Shown piece after piece: positions 35,664-49,579 of a DNA stretch of 64,000 bases. Origin of the DNA: Octopus vulgaris (taxonomy: Eukaryota); assembly GCA_951406725.2 (NCBI GenBank), contig OX597814.1, positions 51,956,001 through 52,020,000 of the forward strand. Reading direction: 5' to 3'. The notes under the pieces were generated by a model. It made no database searches. It worked only from the letters and a program-made list of their open reading frames with translations, and was not told the DNA's origin. The number at the start of each line of letters is the position of its first letter. Position 1 is the stretch's first letter. The translations under genes and the position numbers were made by a program.

Positions 35664-35888
35664 CAGTAATTCCTCAACTATTGCAAGTGTTACATTCCAA
35701 AAAACCCTGCAATAGGTGAAAATCCACAAAGTAGAAACAGTACTGTACTTTGTATATTTTTAAAAATTATTTTTATAATGTGTATATATTTATTTTATTA
35801 TAAATGCAAAACAACACTATGGAGGAATTGATGTAAGCTTAAATAATAAACCACGAAAAGTGAACTGTGATATGGCAAGGGATTACTG
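35664..35888. mobile_element. Tigger/pogo-like MITE
   Basis: TA-cagtaattcctc ... aagggattactg-TA. It apparently sits inside a decayed SINE B copy. Confidence 0.75.
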
Positions 35889-37100
35889 TACTAGTAATAT
35901 ACTAAGTTTATTTTAATACATTAATTAGTTTCTACAGAACACTACCTAATAATATTAATGAGATTGATTTTACCAACTACACACACTCCCTACAAAAATT
36001 TAACATTGCATCTATGTTAGAAACCAATATGTTAAGTTTGATTTGATTAACCTCCTTCTTCATAAATATGGCTTTGTGTCTATTATTGTTTTATTATTTA
36101 AACTAGGTTATATCTTTTTATGGTCTGAGTTTGAACACCCTTCATGTTGAATTTACCATCTATCCTTCTGAAGTCATTTAAATAACTTCTAGACTTAGTC
36201 TTTTGAAGCTCTAAACCCAAGTTAGAAATCAATATTATTCACGTAGTCTATGATATATATTAATGTATCTTTGAGCTCCTGTTTAATAAAACCTCTCCAA
36301 ACCTATTTATTCATTCTAGATCCATTTGGTACATAGAATAAACTTTACATGTGCTAAATATATTATTTCTAGATGACGTCAGCTGTTTGTTTCTGTGTTC
36401 TTGTATTGGTTGGTTAACTTGTAGGAATATCTACTGTGAAGTTGATTTTGTTTGATCCTTTGCTATTTCCTTGCATAATACTATTTTTATGAATGACAGC
36501 TCTCTTAAGTATTTTACAGCAAATATCTTTGTCAAAAATCACTTTTACTATGCATGTAAAAGCACTCTCAAGAGCCTATTGCATATACTTATCTGGTAGA
36601 TTTACTATTCTTTATCCCTAAATCAATATCTATGAATGAAGTTGAAAAATTTAACTGAATTCTTATAAGCTACATTAGAAGTGAAATACCAAAAATAAAA
36701 AATAGAATATATGTTACACATATGTCTACACCTACAGAGAGTGCCTGCCACCCTCTCCCCCTCAGATTTGTCTTTGTACAGTGTTTTAAAAATGATTTTT
36801 AAAAACAGTCCTCAAAGATCTCAACATTTAAAAAATACTCCCAAAAATTGGTTTCTTCAGGGTTATCATCATTAACTTGATCTAATTTTGAATAAAATTC
36901 AAGAAATTAAATAACATTCAAAAACATAATTTCTTGCTCACATTTACATTAAAACAGTCAGAAACCACATCTTAGTTTTTGCATTTCAGGCCCCCATGTT
37001 CAATAAAGTGACAATAATTTCCTTTCTATTTGCAATGAGAAACAAAAATTAAAGAAAGGTAAAATTGGCAAATGCAGAAATTGATTGAGAAACCAAAATA

Positions 37101-37320
37101 GGTAAAGGTAAGGTAAAGTTACTTTCTTGTTTCCATGGCATATAAATTCTCCACCTAGACAGGACACTGGTCCATCACAGGATTACTCATTTTTGCCAGC
37201 TGAGTGGACTGGAGCAATGTGAAATGATGTGCTTTGCTCAAAAACACTATGTGTTGCCCGGTCCAGGAATTGAAACCACAATCTTAGGATCAGGAGTCCA
37301 ACACCCTAATCACTAAGCCT
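37101..37320 (-). mobile_element. tRNA-derived SINE family D (CORE-like body)
   Basis: Minus: ggcttagtgattagg (A-box) ... ggtttcaattcc (B-box) ... ttgctccagtccactcagctggcaaaaatgagta ... (tttacct)n tail. Confidence 0.7.
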
Positions 37321-37429
37321 CCACCAACCAAAATAAGCAGCATAAAGGGTTTAGCTTAGCATTCAAGCATTTACACCTTATCATTTATCTTTAGTGAGAA
37401 AGCTTACATGTGGTTGCCACATATCTTTA

Positions 37430-37725
37430 TCTTTTTTTTCTTTTACTTATTTCAGTCTTTTACTTATTTCAGTACTTATTTTTAAGTCACATACTTATTT
37501 TATCAGTCTCTTTTGCTGAACTAAGTAATAGAGATGTACACAAGTCAACATTTTTTATGAAGTGGTGGTAATGGTGGACACATACACAATGGGCTTCTTT
37601 CAGTTTCCATTAGCCAAATCCACTCACAAGGTTTTGGTCAGCCAGGGACTATAGAAGAAAACACTTGCTCAAGGTGTCATACAGTAGAGATGAGCTCGGA
37701 ACCATGTTGTTAGGAAAAAAACTTA
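37430..37725 (-). mobile_element. SINE family A, tail type 1, degenerate
   Basis: gggcttctttcagtttcc...aaatccactcacaagg...acacttgctcaaggtg. Confidence 0.7.
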
Positions 37726-37929
37726 TCTAATAATTTAAATATTCTTTCAAGAAAGCTTTCCAGAACTAAATTTCGAAAGTTTTGATTTTAATTCTGGATC
37801 CTTCTAATCCATAATAGACACAGGATAACCAAAGCTAAAACAAAGGACAGCAACCATCGCATGCAAGAATATTTGACATATCCAATATAAACTGAACAGG
37901 TTTAGAGCTCTAGTTTCATGAGAATATTC

Positions 37930-38045
37930 ATGAGAAAGTGTGGATAAAATATGGGATGAAGTGATGAGAAAGGATCTTCAGAGAAGATGACAAAGAACCA
38001 AAACTTCTGGTGGTTTGCTGTGCTTGAGAAAACACATCAAGCTAA
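37930..38045 (+). pseudogene. Old RTE ORF2 C-terminal fragment
   Basis: WDEVMRKDL ... MTKNQNFWWFAVLEKT, homologous to the C-terminus in 42162-43068. Confidence 0.5.
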
Positions 38046-39169
38046 GTAAAACTGTGGCCATCCATATATACAGATCATTGAGACTAGCTATTACAACGAG
38101 TCAATGTGAGAGCTTTTACATGGTTCCTCAACCTGCAAGTAAAAGCAGCAAAATCTACCTCAAATCCTATCACCCTACTATTTTAAATAGAGCAAGGACC
38201 CCTAAATAGCGTGGGTGCTCACAGCTAGAATTATTGATCATAGAGATATAGAGATCTGCTTGATGTTTGATCTGAGGTTAAAGAAGACCTTATTCACAAC
38301 AAAGTCTACCTAGTATCAGTGACAGGCTAAAAGTAACTCCCATTTTTGTGTAATCAAACTGTTTACTATTACTGTTATTATAACTTGGTAAAAGTGATAA
38401 AGTGGTGGAAATAATTGTTTTTAAACAAGTGCCTGAAACTATTTTTTCTGTGTTTTCAGTTAAAATCTCACTGAGTCTGGTTTTGCCTAACTGAAGTATC
38501 CTCCCATCCACCACTCTTTATTACTACTGCAGCAGTGGTTCAAAACCAAACCACTAGGTAGCTGGTCAGACATCATGATCAAACCATAATAGTTTCATGT
38601 GATTGTTCTATTAAGCAACCAATCAATATTAAGCCATCATGTCAGTCAATCTTCTAGAATTTTCCCTTTGTGCCCTATAAAGAGGCGTTTTTTGCAATAA
38701 TTGCAAAATGCTGAGGCAGCTGCATGCTGTGTCTCCATTCTCACCACAGCTAATCAATTAAGACTGATGGCAGATTGTAGGCAGGAATTTTTCATCACCA
38801 CAAATATTTTGTGATTATTTTCCAGTTGTGATGGGCCAGCCACAGATTGCTATATCAGAAAGCTTGTCATAAACTCCAAGCAGGAAGTGATTCCCAGTAC
38901 GTAATTATTGCTGTTAGTATTTGTAAAAGACTGCAGCTAAAACTCTGTACAGTAATAAAATGTTCTATTAATTGTTTGTAGGTGTTGTCAGTTATTTCTT
39001 TATGCATCCCAAGAAATACAGTTTCATTCAGCAACTCAACCAGTCATCACTTCAGACCAGCTAACAACAAACCAGCACAACTCATGACACTATCAATAAG
39101 GTAAATGCAAATAGATAAGTAACAACAATAGTTTCCAATATAGGCACAAAGCCAGTGATATTGGAATGC

Positions 39170-40520
39170 AGTTGGGTATATGAAAATGAGCTACATGGTC
39201 ATGAAAAGAAGAAAAAGAGCCCATTTTAACGGCAAAAAGTAATGAGTTTTAGAACCTGATGCCAATTGATACAAGAGTTTAGGCATACAGAAATGCAATA
39301 TTATGTTTTAGGAAATGAAAGAAGTGGAAATAATATATTTGAAGCAATTAAAGCTAGTATTGAAGTATGCTATCAACATGAGTAGTTGCTGTCATGCATT
39401 ATAGTGCTGGTATAGCAAATTGGATGAAGATGAAATACAGGGATTAGACACACACATACACAAAAAGAAGGTGGGGGTGAGAAAAAAATTGTACCTATGC
39501 ATGAAGCATGTCATAAATGACAACCATTTATTTATGAAACAGAAGATTGGCAGGAGACGACTTATTAGCATTTCTGATTGTGTGAATGAGGAACAAAGAT
39601 CAGTAAACCACTAATTTGCAAAGAAAATTATAATTTAAGAATGCTGTAAATAGAATTAAAACTTACATGAGTGAAACTTGGAGAGAAAATAGCATACCAT
39701 AGCAGGATAATTTGTGAAAGAAAGAAAGCACTAGAAGAAATGCAGTTACATGGACAGTTCTAAAGACACTAAGAATGTGAAAAGTCATGATCCATTATAG
39801 GAGTGGCTCTGGAATGAAGATTTCAAGAGAGGAGCTTGAGAGCTTGTCAGAAGTTATTCAAGATCAAGCTCTAAACACCAGTTCAGTAAGCAAGGGTTCA
39901 TAATCCTCCATTTAATAAACAAGTGCTGATAATAATAATATAATAAGCAAGTGGAAAATATTGAGTATATTGTAGCAGAGGGCACAACATAAGCTCAGAA
40001 TAATTACAAGTAATGTCTTGATAAGGTCTGCCTTAAGATACACTGATCACTGCATAAAAAGAAAATATGGCTACATTTCAGGTAAGGGGTACAACTATGT
40101 ACCAGAAAATGAACCTGGTAAGCTAATGAACCTGGTAAGCTAAAAATTCTATAAGATTTTCACCTCCAATTAAACACCATAGACATGATGTAATACATAA
40201 AAAAAAACAGAATACCTCATAACAGATATTGCAATTCCTTCAGACAAAAACACTGCAGACCAGCTGTAAAAAAGATCTTAAAACATGCCGATTTAAAAGT
40301 AGAAATATTGAGAAAGTGTAGATGCCCAATAGCAAATGTAAAAGTAGTACCAGTTAGCATCAGAAAATACAACCATACCACTTGGAATGGTTGGACATCA
40401 AGAAACATGTGTGAATGTTCCTTACACCCGTCCCCTTAGGAATAGCTCATATTCTTAGAAAGATACTTTTTAAGACCTTTTGTGAGGGTTTGATAGTTAC
40501 CATGAAAAAAACCCAACAAA
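39170..40520 (+). pseudogene. Highly decayed R4/Dong-like retrotransposon 3' half
   Basis: Motifs in order: AIN..., YSAGI..W, G.R.LISISDCV.EE, MQLHGQF, QDQALNT, E.IE.IVA, KVCLKIH*SL, KIL*DF, IAIP.D, KI.K..DLK.EI. Confidence 0.65.
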
Positions 40521-40819
40521 ATAAGTATTTTACATACAAACTTTGCAACTAAATATAATAATCCTTTCTACTATGTGCTGCATGGTAACCAGCATGTCAA
40601 AGAATATACCGATTTCATTTATGTGTCGTAATAGACAACCAAAAGAGATTGAGGTAGGATTTGCACTCTGACCTCATAAAACCTTCATCAGCAATGACTA
40701 CCCAGACAGACTCATGGCTTGGAAAGCTGTCACCTAGGTGGTCAAAGGTGTCATCCACCAGGAGTAGGAAATCACCAACAAATGGTGGATGTTACAGAAC
40801 ATGTCCCCCTACTAGTACT

Positions 40820-41431
40820 ACTTTCTACTATAGGTACAAGACCTGAAACTTGGTGGGAGGGGGATGGTTGATTAGAGTGTTCAACCAGTACTTATTTCAT
40901 GGACTCAAAAAGAACAAAAGGCAGAGTCAACCTTGGCAGAATTTGAACTAAGAATGAAAAGATAGATGAACTTCCACAAAGCATTTGGTTGATGTGCTAG
41001 TGATTCCTGATTTAGACACAAGGCCAGCAATTTTGAAGGAAAAGGAGTAATAAATATCATTTATCTTAGTACTTGTTGGACTTTATTTATTAAAGGGATG
41101 AAAAGCAAAGCTGAAGTAAGTAAGATTTCAAATACAAAAGCAAAGAGCTGAAATAAATGCTGCAAAGTATTTTTTTCTGATGCTCTAATAATTCTGCTAG
41201 CTCACTGCCTTAATATTCTTTTCTCCTCTAGGTACAAGGCCTGAAATTTTGGGGGAAGGGGCCAGTCGATTAGATCGACCCCAGTACACAACTGGTACTT
41301 AATTTATTGAACCTGAAAGGATGAAAGGCAAAGTCGACCTCAGGAGAATTTGAACTCAGAATGTAAAGACAGACGAAATACAGCTAAGCACTTCACCTGG
41401 CATGCTAATGTTTCTGCCAGCTCACCACCTT
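40820..41431 (-). mobile_element. Three head-to-tail SINE family B copies; the youngest (41215-41431) has a 13-bp TSD
   Basis: Units ~40820-41008, ~41015-41210 and 41215-41431; tcactgccttaat at 41202-41214 and 41432-41444. Confidence 0.85.
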
Positions 41432-42161
41432 TCACTGCCTTAATGTTAACAACACCGTATGGCTTCAATTAGATGGCCTGGTGGTGGTGAGTTCTTCTTA
41501 CCCTGCCAGAATTAAAAAGTCATTACCAGTGAGAGTTGTTAACAGTCTTAATCAACCGATGAGAGTTAGTTACCTTAACTAACCAATGCAATCATATTAA
41601 ACCATTTGTAGAACAAATGATGAAAGTGGATTGGCCAGTGTTGTGTAGAATATCTCTTATGTGGGGTACTACTTGTGCAAGCGTGCATGAGAGAGAGAGA
41701 GAGAGAAAGAGAAGCAGAAGCTAGCTATTATGTAACGAGCAAGCAAGCAATTTAGATACTTTCACAAGAGAAATCAGAATCTCAGAATGCTTATATGGAG
41801 GAATCAGTTTGGTGCAAATGAAACAGTTGAGAGGTTGATAGACCATGGCCAGCTGATCAGTGCTATGATGTATCATTAACGATGGTACTGAATTATTAGC
41901 AGTTCAGTCCAACTAGCTGTATGAGGTTGTTTAGCTCCCAAGTCAGCTCTGATTGAGGAGATTTTTGAACAAAGGCATTCCAGCATGGCTATTTCATCTT
42001 TTTTGCATATCTACAATTACAATTTCATCTGATGGAGATTTGGATACTATTTCTACTTGCATAACTGACCAAATACTGGCTTCACTTGTTAATTGCATAT
42101 GTATCAGTAGATAAAATTTCTAAAACTACCTTGTCATTTATTTTTTAATAGAGTATAATAT

Positions 42162-43068
42162 GAAAGTTCAGAGAGCTCTTACCTCTGCTGGTGACAAAGG
42201 GCCTCTCACTCAGAGTAAAAGGTAGACTGTATGATGCATGTGTGCAAACAGCCATGCTACATGGCAGTGAAACATGGGTCATGACTGCTGAGGACATGTG
42301 TAAGCTTGCAAGGAATGAAGCCAGTGTGCTCCACTAGATGTGTAATGTCAGTGTGCATGCATGATGGAGTGTAAGCACCCTGAGAGAAAAGTTGGACTTA
42401 AGAAGCAACAGATGTGGTGTGCAAGAGAGACGACTGTGCTAGTATGGTCATGTGTTGTGAATGGATGAGGACAGCTGTGTGAAGAAGTGTCACACCCTAG
42501 CAGTAGAGGGAACCTGTGGAAGAGGTAGATCTGGGATGAGTTGGTGAAGCACAGCCTTTGAACATTGGGCCTCATCAAGGTGATGACAAGTGACCGAGAC
42601 CTTTGGAGTTATGCTGTGCTTAAGAAGACCCGGCAAGCCAAGTGAGACTGTAACCATGGCCTATGCCAGTGCAGCATAATCAGCCCATTTAAGAGTACCC
42701 TTCAATCATTGGGCAATAAACTGCACTTATGAAGACCTGTTGAGGCAAGAGAAGTCATTGTTATGGCCAATGACAGTACTGCTTGATTGGCATCTGTGCC
42801 AGTGGCATGTAAAAAAAGCACCATTCAAGCATACTCATTGCCAGAGCTGCCTGACTGAAAAAAAGCACCATCTGAGCATGGTCGTTGCCAGTACCACCTG
42901 ACTGGCCCTCATGCCTGTGGAACATAAAAAGCACCCACTACACTCTCAGAGTGGTTGGCATTAGGAAGAGCATCCAACTGTAGAAACTTTGCCAGATCAG
43001 ATTGGTGCCCTCAGTCAAACCGCCCAACCCATGCCAGCATGGAAAGCAGACGTTAAATGATGATGATG
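42162..43068 (+). mobile_element. 5'-truncated RTE-clade LINE
   Basis: KFRELLPLLVTKGLSLRVKGRLYDACVQTAMLHGSETW..., 3'UTR hairpin units and (gat)n tail. Confidence 0.88.
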
Positions 43069-43125
43069 AGAGAGAGATGATTAGTATTTCTAACAGATTA
43101 AGTAATAACTGTCTATTTCAAGCCC

Positions 43126-43211
43126 CATACTCTGATGAAGTAGGGGGCTTTAAGCAAACAGGCTCAGGTGGAGGCATTGGGCTCAGCAGAGACTGAAATA
43201 GAGGCAGTATG
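43126..43211 (+). ncRNA. Decayed hammerhead-like motif
   Basis: catact-CTGATGA-agt...(~50 nt)...act-GAAA-tagaggc-agtatg: perfect 6-bp stem I and 3-bp stem II base; stem III and the cleavage triplet are degenerate. Confidence 0.45.
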
Positions 43212-43365
43212 CACATCAAACAGACATGAAGTGCTGCTGAAGTCTCGCATTTTCAAAATTTTGAGTCATTAGTTTGTAAGACATAACTCTTTCAGTTTAT
43301 TGGACTGGACACATTCCATGCAGCCAAGGATCCCAACCTACATTACAACAGTTTACCCACTAAAC

Positions 43366-43930
43366 CAGTGATACCCAAACTTATTTGACATAGAACTCTT
43401 ATACAATTTTCAAAAAAGTCCCAGAACACATACCTGTATCATATAGACAACTAATTTTAATAACATATTGGATGTAACAAAAACTATTTTAGTGAAAGAA
43501 TTTATTCATATAAAAATCATATAATACAAATGTACATACATATATACATATGGACACACACACACACTTGCATACATACATACATACATGTGTATGTGCA
43601 CACACACTGATCCACACACATGTGCCCAAACAAACAAAAAGAACGCAGCTTGGATAACAGACAGTCAATGACTATTGAAAAGGTTGCAAAACACAATGAA
43701 AATTTTAAGAAAAATAAATAAGTAAATGAGTGGAAAATTTACCGGTGAGTGTGTTAAACAATAAGGCACTAAAAGAGAATGACTCTCCCCAGATACAACA
43801 ATCACATAATAACTATATTGAAAATGGGAAATATTTCTATATTAAATGAATTTTTATCATATTTTACTAGAAGATGCTTTACCTTGCAGAACACTAGAAT
43901 TTTCAAAGGGACCCAGATTCAGAAATACTT
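43366..43930. mobile_element. Possible hAT (Charlie-like) MITE
   Basis: cagtgatacccaaactt ... cccagattcagaaatact resembles cagtgtttcccaaac TIRs. No TSD seen. Confidence 0.4.
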
Positions 43931-43968
43931 TACTTGGTCATAGGGATGGAATTGCTTAAACATGGTAT

Positions 43969-44187
43969 TTAACTCTTTTAATACCTATCTTCCTGAGACT
44001 GCCTTGGTTCTATGAAATAAACTTCTAATTTAAAGTACTCTAAATTAAAACCTTTCATCAAAATTCCATGTTATGTTCCAAAACACCAGCTTCACTGCAA
44101 CAAAGTTCATTAAATTCTTCATTGTTTTTAAAAGTAACAGATGAAATCAGAGTTATTTCAGTGGAAATATATTAACAAAAGATTTAA
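43969..44187. mobile_element. piggyBac-like MITE, family 3
   Basis: ttaactcttttaatacc ... taacaaaagatttaa; inverted homolog of 16770-16984. Confidence 0.6.
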
Positions 44188-44464
44188 GGTAAAGGATGAA
44201 GTAAATACTCTAGAAAATTTTAAAATTATCCTTATTTAGTTTTCCAGATATTAATCTAATGTGACCTTCTAAAAGTAGTAATGAAAGGGAAATGGACTGA
44301 TAGAACTGTTAGATTATCAAACTAAAATATCTTTGACTTTACTTTTCACCCCTCCCAGATCAATACTACAAAATACAAACAATATACAGAGATCCATTAA
44401 ATCACCTGTTCCATTTTCATTGAAAACAGCTGGCATTGTGCTTGAATAAAAAAATTGATAAGTG

Positions 44465-44680
44465 GGGGATTGGCAGAACTGTCAGTGTTAGATAAAATTG
44501 TCTTGCAATGTTTAGCTACAGCCATTTACATTTTGATCTCAAATCTTACTGAGGTCAACTTTTTCTTTCATCCTTCTGGAGGTCAATAAAATAAAGTACT
44601 GATCAAGTACAGGGGTTGATATAATTGGATGTTCCCTTCCAACAAACTTCTGGCCTTGTGCCTGCGTAACAAATTATTAC
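44465..44680 (+). mobile_element. SINE family B, degenerate
   Basis: tggcagaactgtcag...gaggtcaact...tttcatccttctggaggtcaataaaataaagtact...ggccttgtgcct. Confidence 0.7.
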
Positions 44681-47600
44681 CAGTGTTGCATCGTTGAAGA
44701 CTATATCTCTGAATGCACAGTCACTTATTCCTGGCATTTTGAATACAACCACTGTTTTCTTCCTTTTCAGTTTATCAGTATTTGGTGACTTTTCCATTCT
44801 TTCAGTTTATGGCTTGTTTAGCAATATTTGTGCTTGAATCCTTTTACTAATATTATTCAAATGGCTTGACCTTTCTTTTGATTGTCTGTTGGAGTCAACT
44901 TTCTTCTCAATTATTTTCAGGTTTCTCCTTTTATGGTTTTTTATCATTTATATGTCTGACTTAACTTATAGAAAAATGATCGTATTTTTTTAAACTAGTT
45001 CTTCCTAGTTTTTAAATATTTTCAAAATCTTTCAATGAGATTTTAAGTAAATTAATATAACATTTATTTTGGCCACCAATCAATCAATTATCCTGACTTA
45101 ACTTGCTATAATATATTTACTTACAATGTAAACTGACAGACTAACTTGATGGCCATCCCATCATATTTCTTATCTTTACAATACATATGATAGATTTAGC
45201 AAAATCCATTTCATCTGATATCTTGACACTTCCAAGGATTTTTTTGATACATGTATACATATTATTTCTTTTCTTTAAACAGTTTTCACTTCATATATTT
45301 CATGATTAAATATTACAAGCAATCTTGAAGTAAAGTTCTATGCTCATTCAGATAACTTTGCACTTTAAGATGCAGTGTTTTAATTTTCCAAACTTTAAGC
45401 TGGTTTTTGTTAAGTGATTCTTTATATTGATACCAATATTGAAGTCATCTGAGCAGTACAACCCAAAGATGTGGATTTAACCATTAATTTAGCAGTTTGC
45501 TTATTGATTTAGCAATCAAGCTTCTGTATATGTTTCACAGTTTACATCTATTGGTCTACTCCTTGCCTTTATTTACCTGCAGTTAGATATCATTAGGTAA
45601 AAAAGTATATCTTTTTTTGTTGTTTAACCTTTGGTTGACACAGCAATCAAAGACATTCCAGCCATGACCATTCTACCCTTTTTCAAGGAATCTGAGATTA
45701 ACTTATGTTTCTTTTAACCCTTCAAGATGGTAGCTATGATTTGAGAGAAACATAGCTGCTATACCTAGCAGATTGATTGACTACATAGTAAGCTCTGTAA
45801 TAACATATAACAGTATACAATATAAACTTTGTTGTTGTTTATTCCAAAAAAAAAAAAAAGAGAAAGAATGGTGATGTATAGTGTTTCAACTGTGGAATAT
45901 TATCTTAGCTCTAATTAGAAATTTTTACAATATAAATGTTAATTACTCAGAAGAAAATACTAATTTTCCTTAATCTCATAAGGCAGTTAAGAGATAGAAT
46001 TTAAAGTTTCATTGAGTCTATTTATTCCACCAAACAACACTGCTTCTTGGATTGATTTAACCTTGAAATGATGACTAAGAACACATGTATAGTTTATAAA
46101 GTATTAAAATCTACACTGGAAATAGAAGATGGCTTAAAATAAAAAAGAAAGAGAAAAATATATATACTATTTTGTTATTAGAGAAATTACTTCTTATTCT
46201 GTTTCTATACATGTATACAGATAATTCCTTGTGTGTGTATGTACATTTATATAAATGCTCACTGATTTGACATAATTCAGCAGATGAGAAAATATGTGTA
46301 AATGCATGTGTGGGCGTGTAGATGAGTACATGAAGATTAAAATCTAACAACTCAAAATTTTCTTTAACAAGGGATACGAAAATAATGAATAATAAACGAA
46401 ATATTTTTCTTAAATTTTGAAAGGAGAAAGAAAGAAAAAAGGAAAAGAAATCTGGCATAATTCCAGCTAGAATTCTATTATCACAGAAAGCTAGTTCAAA
46501 AGTGAAGACTGCTAAGGAGATAGTGATCGAAGAAAAAAGATGGAAGTATCAATCAATAAGTTATTGTAGAAGTGTGAACTAATTGCATGAGAAAGAGGTT
46601 TACTTCTTGAATGTTCTTCAGTGAAGCAATTAAGAAATTGAGTCGGGCATGGTAAGGCAGTATGTTTTCAGATGAAGTCATTAATAGCAGCATATTGTTC
46701 AAGTCAAGCATTGAAGAATGAAGCAGGAGGGGGCAGAAATCCACTAAAGATTTTCAATGATGGCCACAATCATATTTTTCACTCATTATTAAAAGAATTT
46801 TATGATAATTTAAGGAATCAAACAGCAAATAGATGCATCATAGGGAATTATCAAATGGCATCAAGGCCAAGGTTTTCGTTTTCTTTACTGTACAGAAATA
46901 ATTAGAAATCATATTGAAAATATCTTAAATTAGTTTGAGGCAAATTACACAATAATCAAAAATTTAGCAGGAAGTAGGAAAAAAGAAATCAAAATAAATA
47001 ATGTATTTGTATATAGAATATAGGACATTTAAAGTTCTCTGGAGAGAATTCTTTCCAAGTATAAAACCATATTGAAGTTAAAAATCACGGAAATAAATAC
47101 AATCATATTTTAGCTTTTGAAAATAATTTGAGATTTTCCATCCCACAAAAATGACTTAACTAGTGTCTTGATTTTTATCCAATTTAATAAGGTAGCTATT
47201 TTAAAGAAGTAGATCTATAACGTTGACTTCAACATTGTAGGTTCTATGCCTATGCTTGCATGGGTTAGACAGGTTCAGAATAAGCAACCCTTCAATACAT
47301 TTTTATCCAAGTGAGTGCTTCATAATTAGATTTCTCATCATAATGTCATTAATCATCTGCCAGTAGTCCAACATTAATTAGATAACTAATTAAATAGCAA
47401 GATAATTATACAAGTCATTGGAATCTTTTTTCTGTTTTTGTTTTTACTACTGGTCTAGTAATTGAAACTATACTATTGGAAAACGTTTAGAAGCATCTGT
47501 TCTCACTGTCACACACTTCCATGTTTCTTTAGCCTTGCTTTATACAGAGATTTAATTTTCATATCTATAACTTGTACACAATCATATTTTAATTAGTGAG

Positions 47601-47869
47601 CAATCATGAAAATAGTGCTCTGAGAAGAGTTATCTGAAAAGTATAGCTGATCATTATACACAAATGTGTAGAATAAATCGAGCAATGATTAGTAAGCAAT
47701 GGTGGAAGGAAGCTGTGGTGTCTCTGATAGAAGCTAATCTTTAGTGAATCTATTATTCATACTGTAAGAAAACAAATAAGCTAGTTTCTTGAATGTCAGC
47801 TTGAGCCTGATGAGGTAAACAATAGTTTTCTATAGCAAAAAATGGTAAAGACTGGAGAGTACATATATT

Positions 47870-48684
47870 TCAGTGAAAGATAGCTTGTACAACGCATGTG
47901 TGCGAACTACCATGCTTCACGGCAGTGAAACATGGGCTGTGACTGCAGAGGACATGCGTAGGCTTGAAAGAAATGAAGCTAGCATGATCTGCTGGATGTG
48001 TAATGTCAGTGTGCACACACGACAGAGTGTAAGCACCCTGAGAGAAATGCTGGACATAAGAAGCATTGGATGTGGCATGGTCATGTATTACGAGAGATGT
48101 GTGAAGTGCCACTCCCAAACAGTTGAAGGAATCCGGGGTAGAGGTAGACCCAGGAAGACATGGGCTGAGGTGGTCAAGCATGACCTTTGAACGTTGGGCC
48201 TCACAGAGGCAATGACAAAAGACCGAGATCTCTGGAGATATGCTGTGACTGCGAAGACCCGACAAATAACATGAGTTCAGGCTGTTTCCTGCACCAGCAA
48301 ATAACATGAGCTCATGGCTGTTTCCTGCACCAGCTTCACATAGCAGCCCCAGCCCATCCAAAACACCTTGGATCACAAGACGGCCTGCTGTGTTTACCTT
48401 GGATCATAGGGCAACCTGCTGTGCTTGAGAATACCTATTGAGTCAAGTACATCAACATCAAGATAAAAATCAAAAGGAAATTGTAGTTGTGATACCTGTG
48501 CCGGTGGCACGTAAAAAGCACTCACTACACTCATAGAGTGGTTGGCGTTAGGAAGGGCATCCAGCTGTATAAACACTGCCAGATCAGACTGGAGCCTGGT
48601 GCAGTCTCCTGGCTTCCCAGACCCCGGTCAAACCGTCCAACCCATGCTAGCATGGAAAATGGACGTCAAATGATGATGATGATA
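47870..48684 (+). mobile_element. 5'-truncated RTE-clade LINE with a single hairpin unit
   Basis: ORF 47873-48190 (LYNACVRTTMLHGSETW...GRGRPRKTWAEVVKHDL), local tandem duplications at 48265-48430, (gat)n tail. Confidence 0.88.
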
Positions 48685-49579
48685 TTTAAACAAATGATCA
48701 AGTGAGTGAGCTATGTGGTTGGTTGACCTACCAGAAATAATCAAAAATCCTCTTTATATCACAGCATACAGTCTTCAAGAAGGAATGGACACATTGGATA
48801 ATGTAGTCATAGGTATTCTTGATCAGAAATAAACTGAAGCTAAACTATAACAAGTATTTACATATAATTGCTGAATGTTTGTGGGGTAAAACATATTACA
48901 TTTAAAACACATTGAGCTTAAGTTGGAAATATATTTGAAATGTTTCATTACTTTGTATGAAAGTTACCTTAATAGAAATAATCAGAAAACCATGACATCA
49001 GACTGATATCAGTATTTATATACTACATCCAGTAATTAGACTATATGTAGTTTACATCCATTATAGATTGTTACACTTGCATATATCCCTACTGTTTCAC
49101 TAATTACACTCCCTCTGCTTGTTGATATAGTTATCAGACATAATTTAAATGATGATATTGATGATAATATACATACAGATTGAAATTTTTATTGCTTCTT
49201 TTGTTACTAGAAATACAACACCTGTAGCTTTTGGGATTTGGAAGCAAAAGAAATAAATCAAATATCTGCATCTAGATTATGTTGTTTAGCCAAATTTAGT
49301 GTTGCTAGAACCCTATAATTAAAAGGCCCAGATTTTCTGGGGTTTTTTCTCCTCTCAAACAAGATATCTAATGTGTCTTTTTCTAATAAAGGTAATAATT
49401 TGATAGATTTGGCTGCTATTTCTAGCAAGTCAAGCAATCATGTAAAGGCTACTTTGTTGGATTATCCAGTTTAGGTTGTAGTAGCTATTAGCAGTATTCA
49501 GAGAATATTTAATGACCTTAGCATTTTGTAGCAATTTGAATGGAATATGCAATGACTTCACCATTATGTTTCTATGTTT

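Noticed and set aside
38500-39100. Possible hAT relic
   Set aside because: A single cagtggtt-like end and faint DG.PA similarity; no matching TIR or TSD.
47870-48376. 168-aa minus-strand ORF
   Set aside because: Antisense shadow of the RTE LINE fragment.
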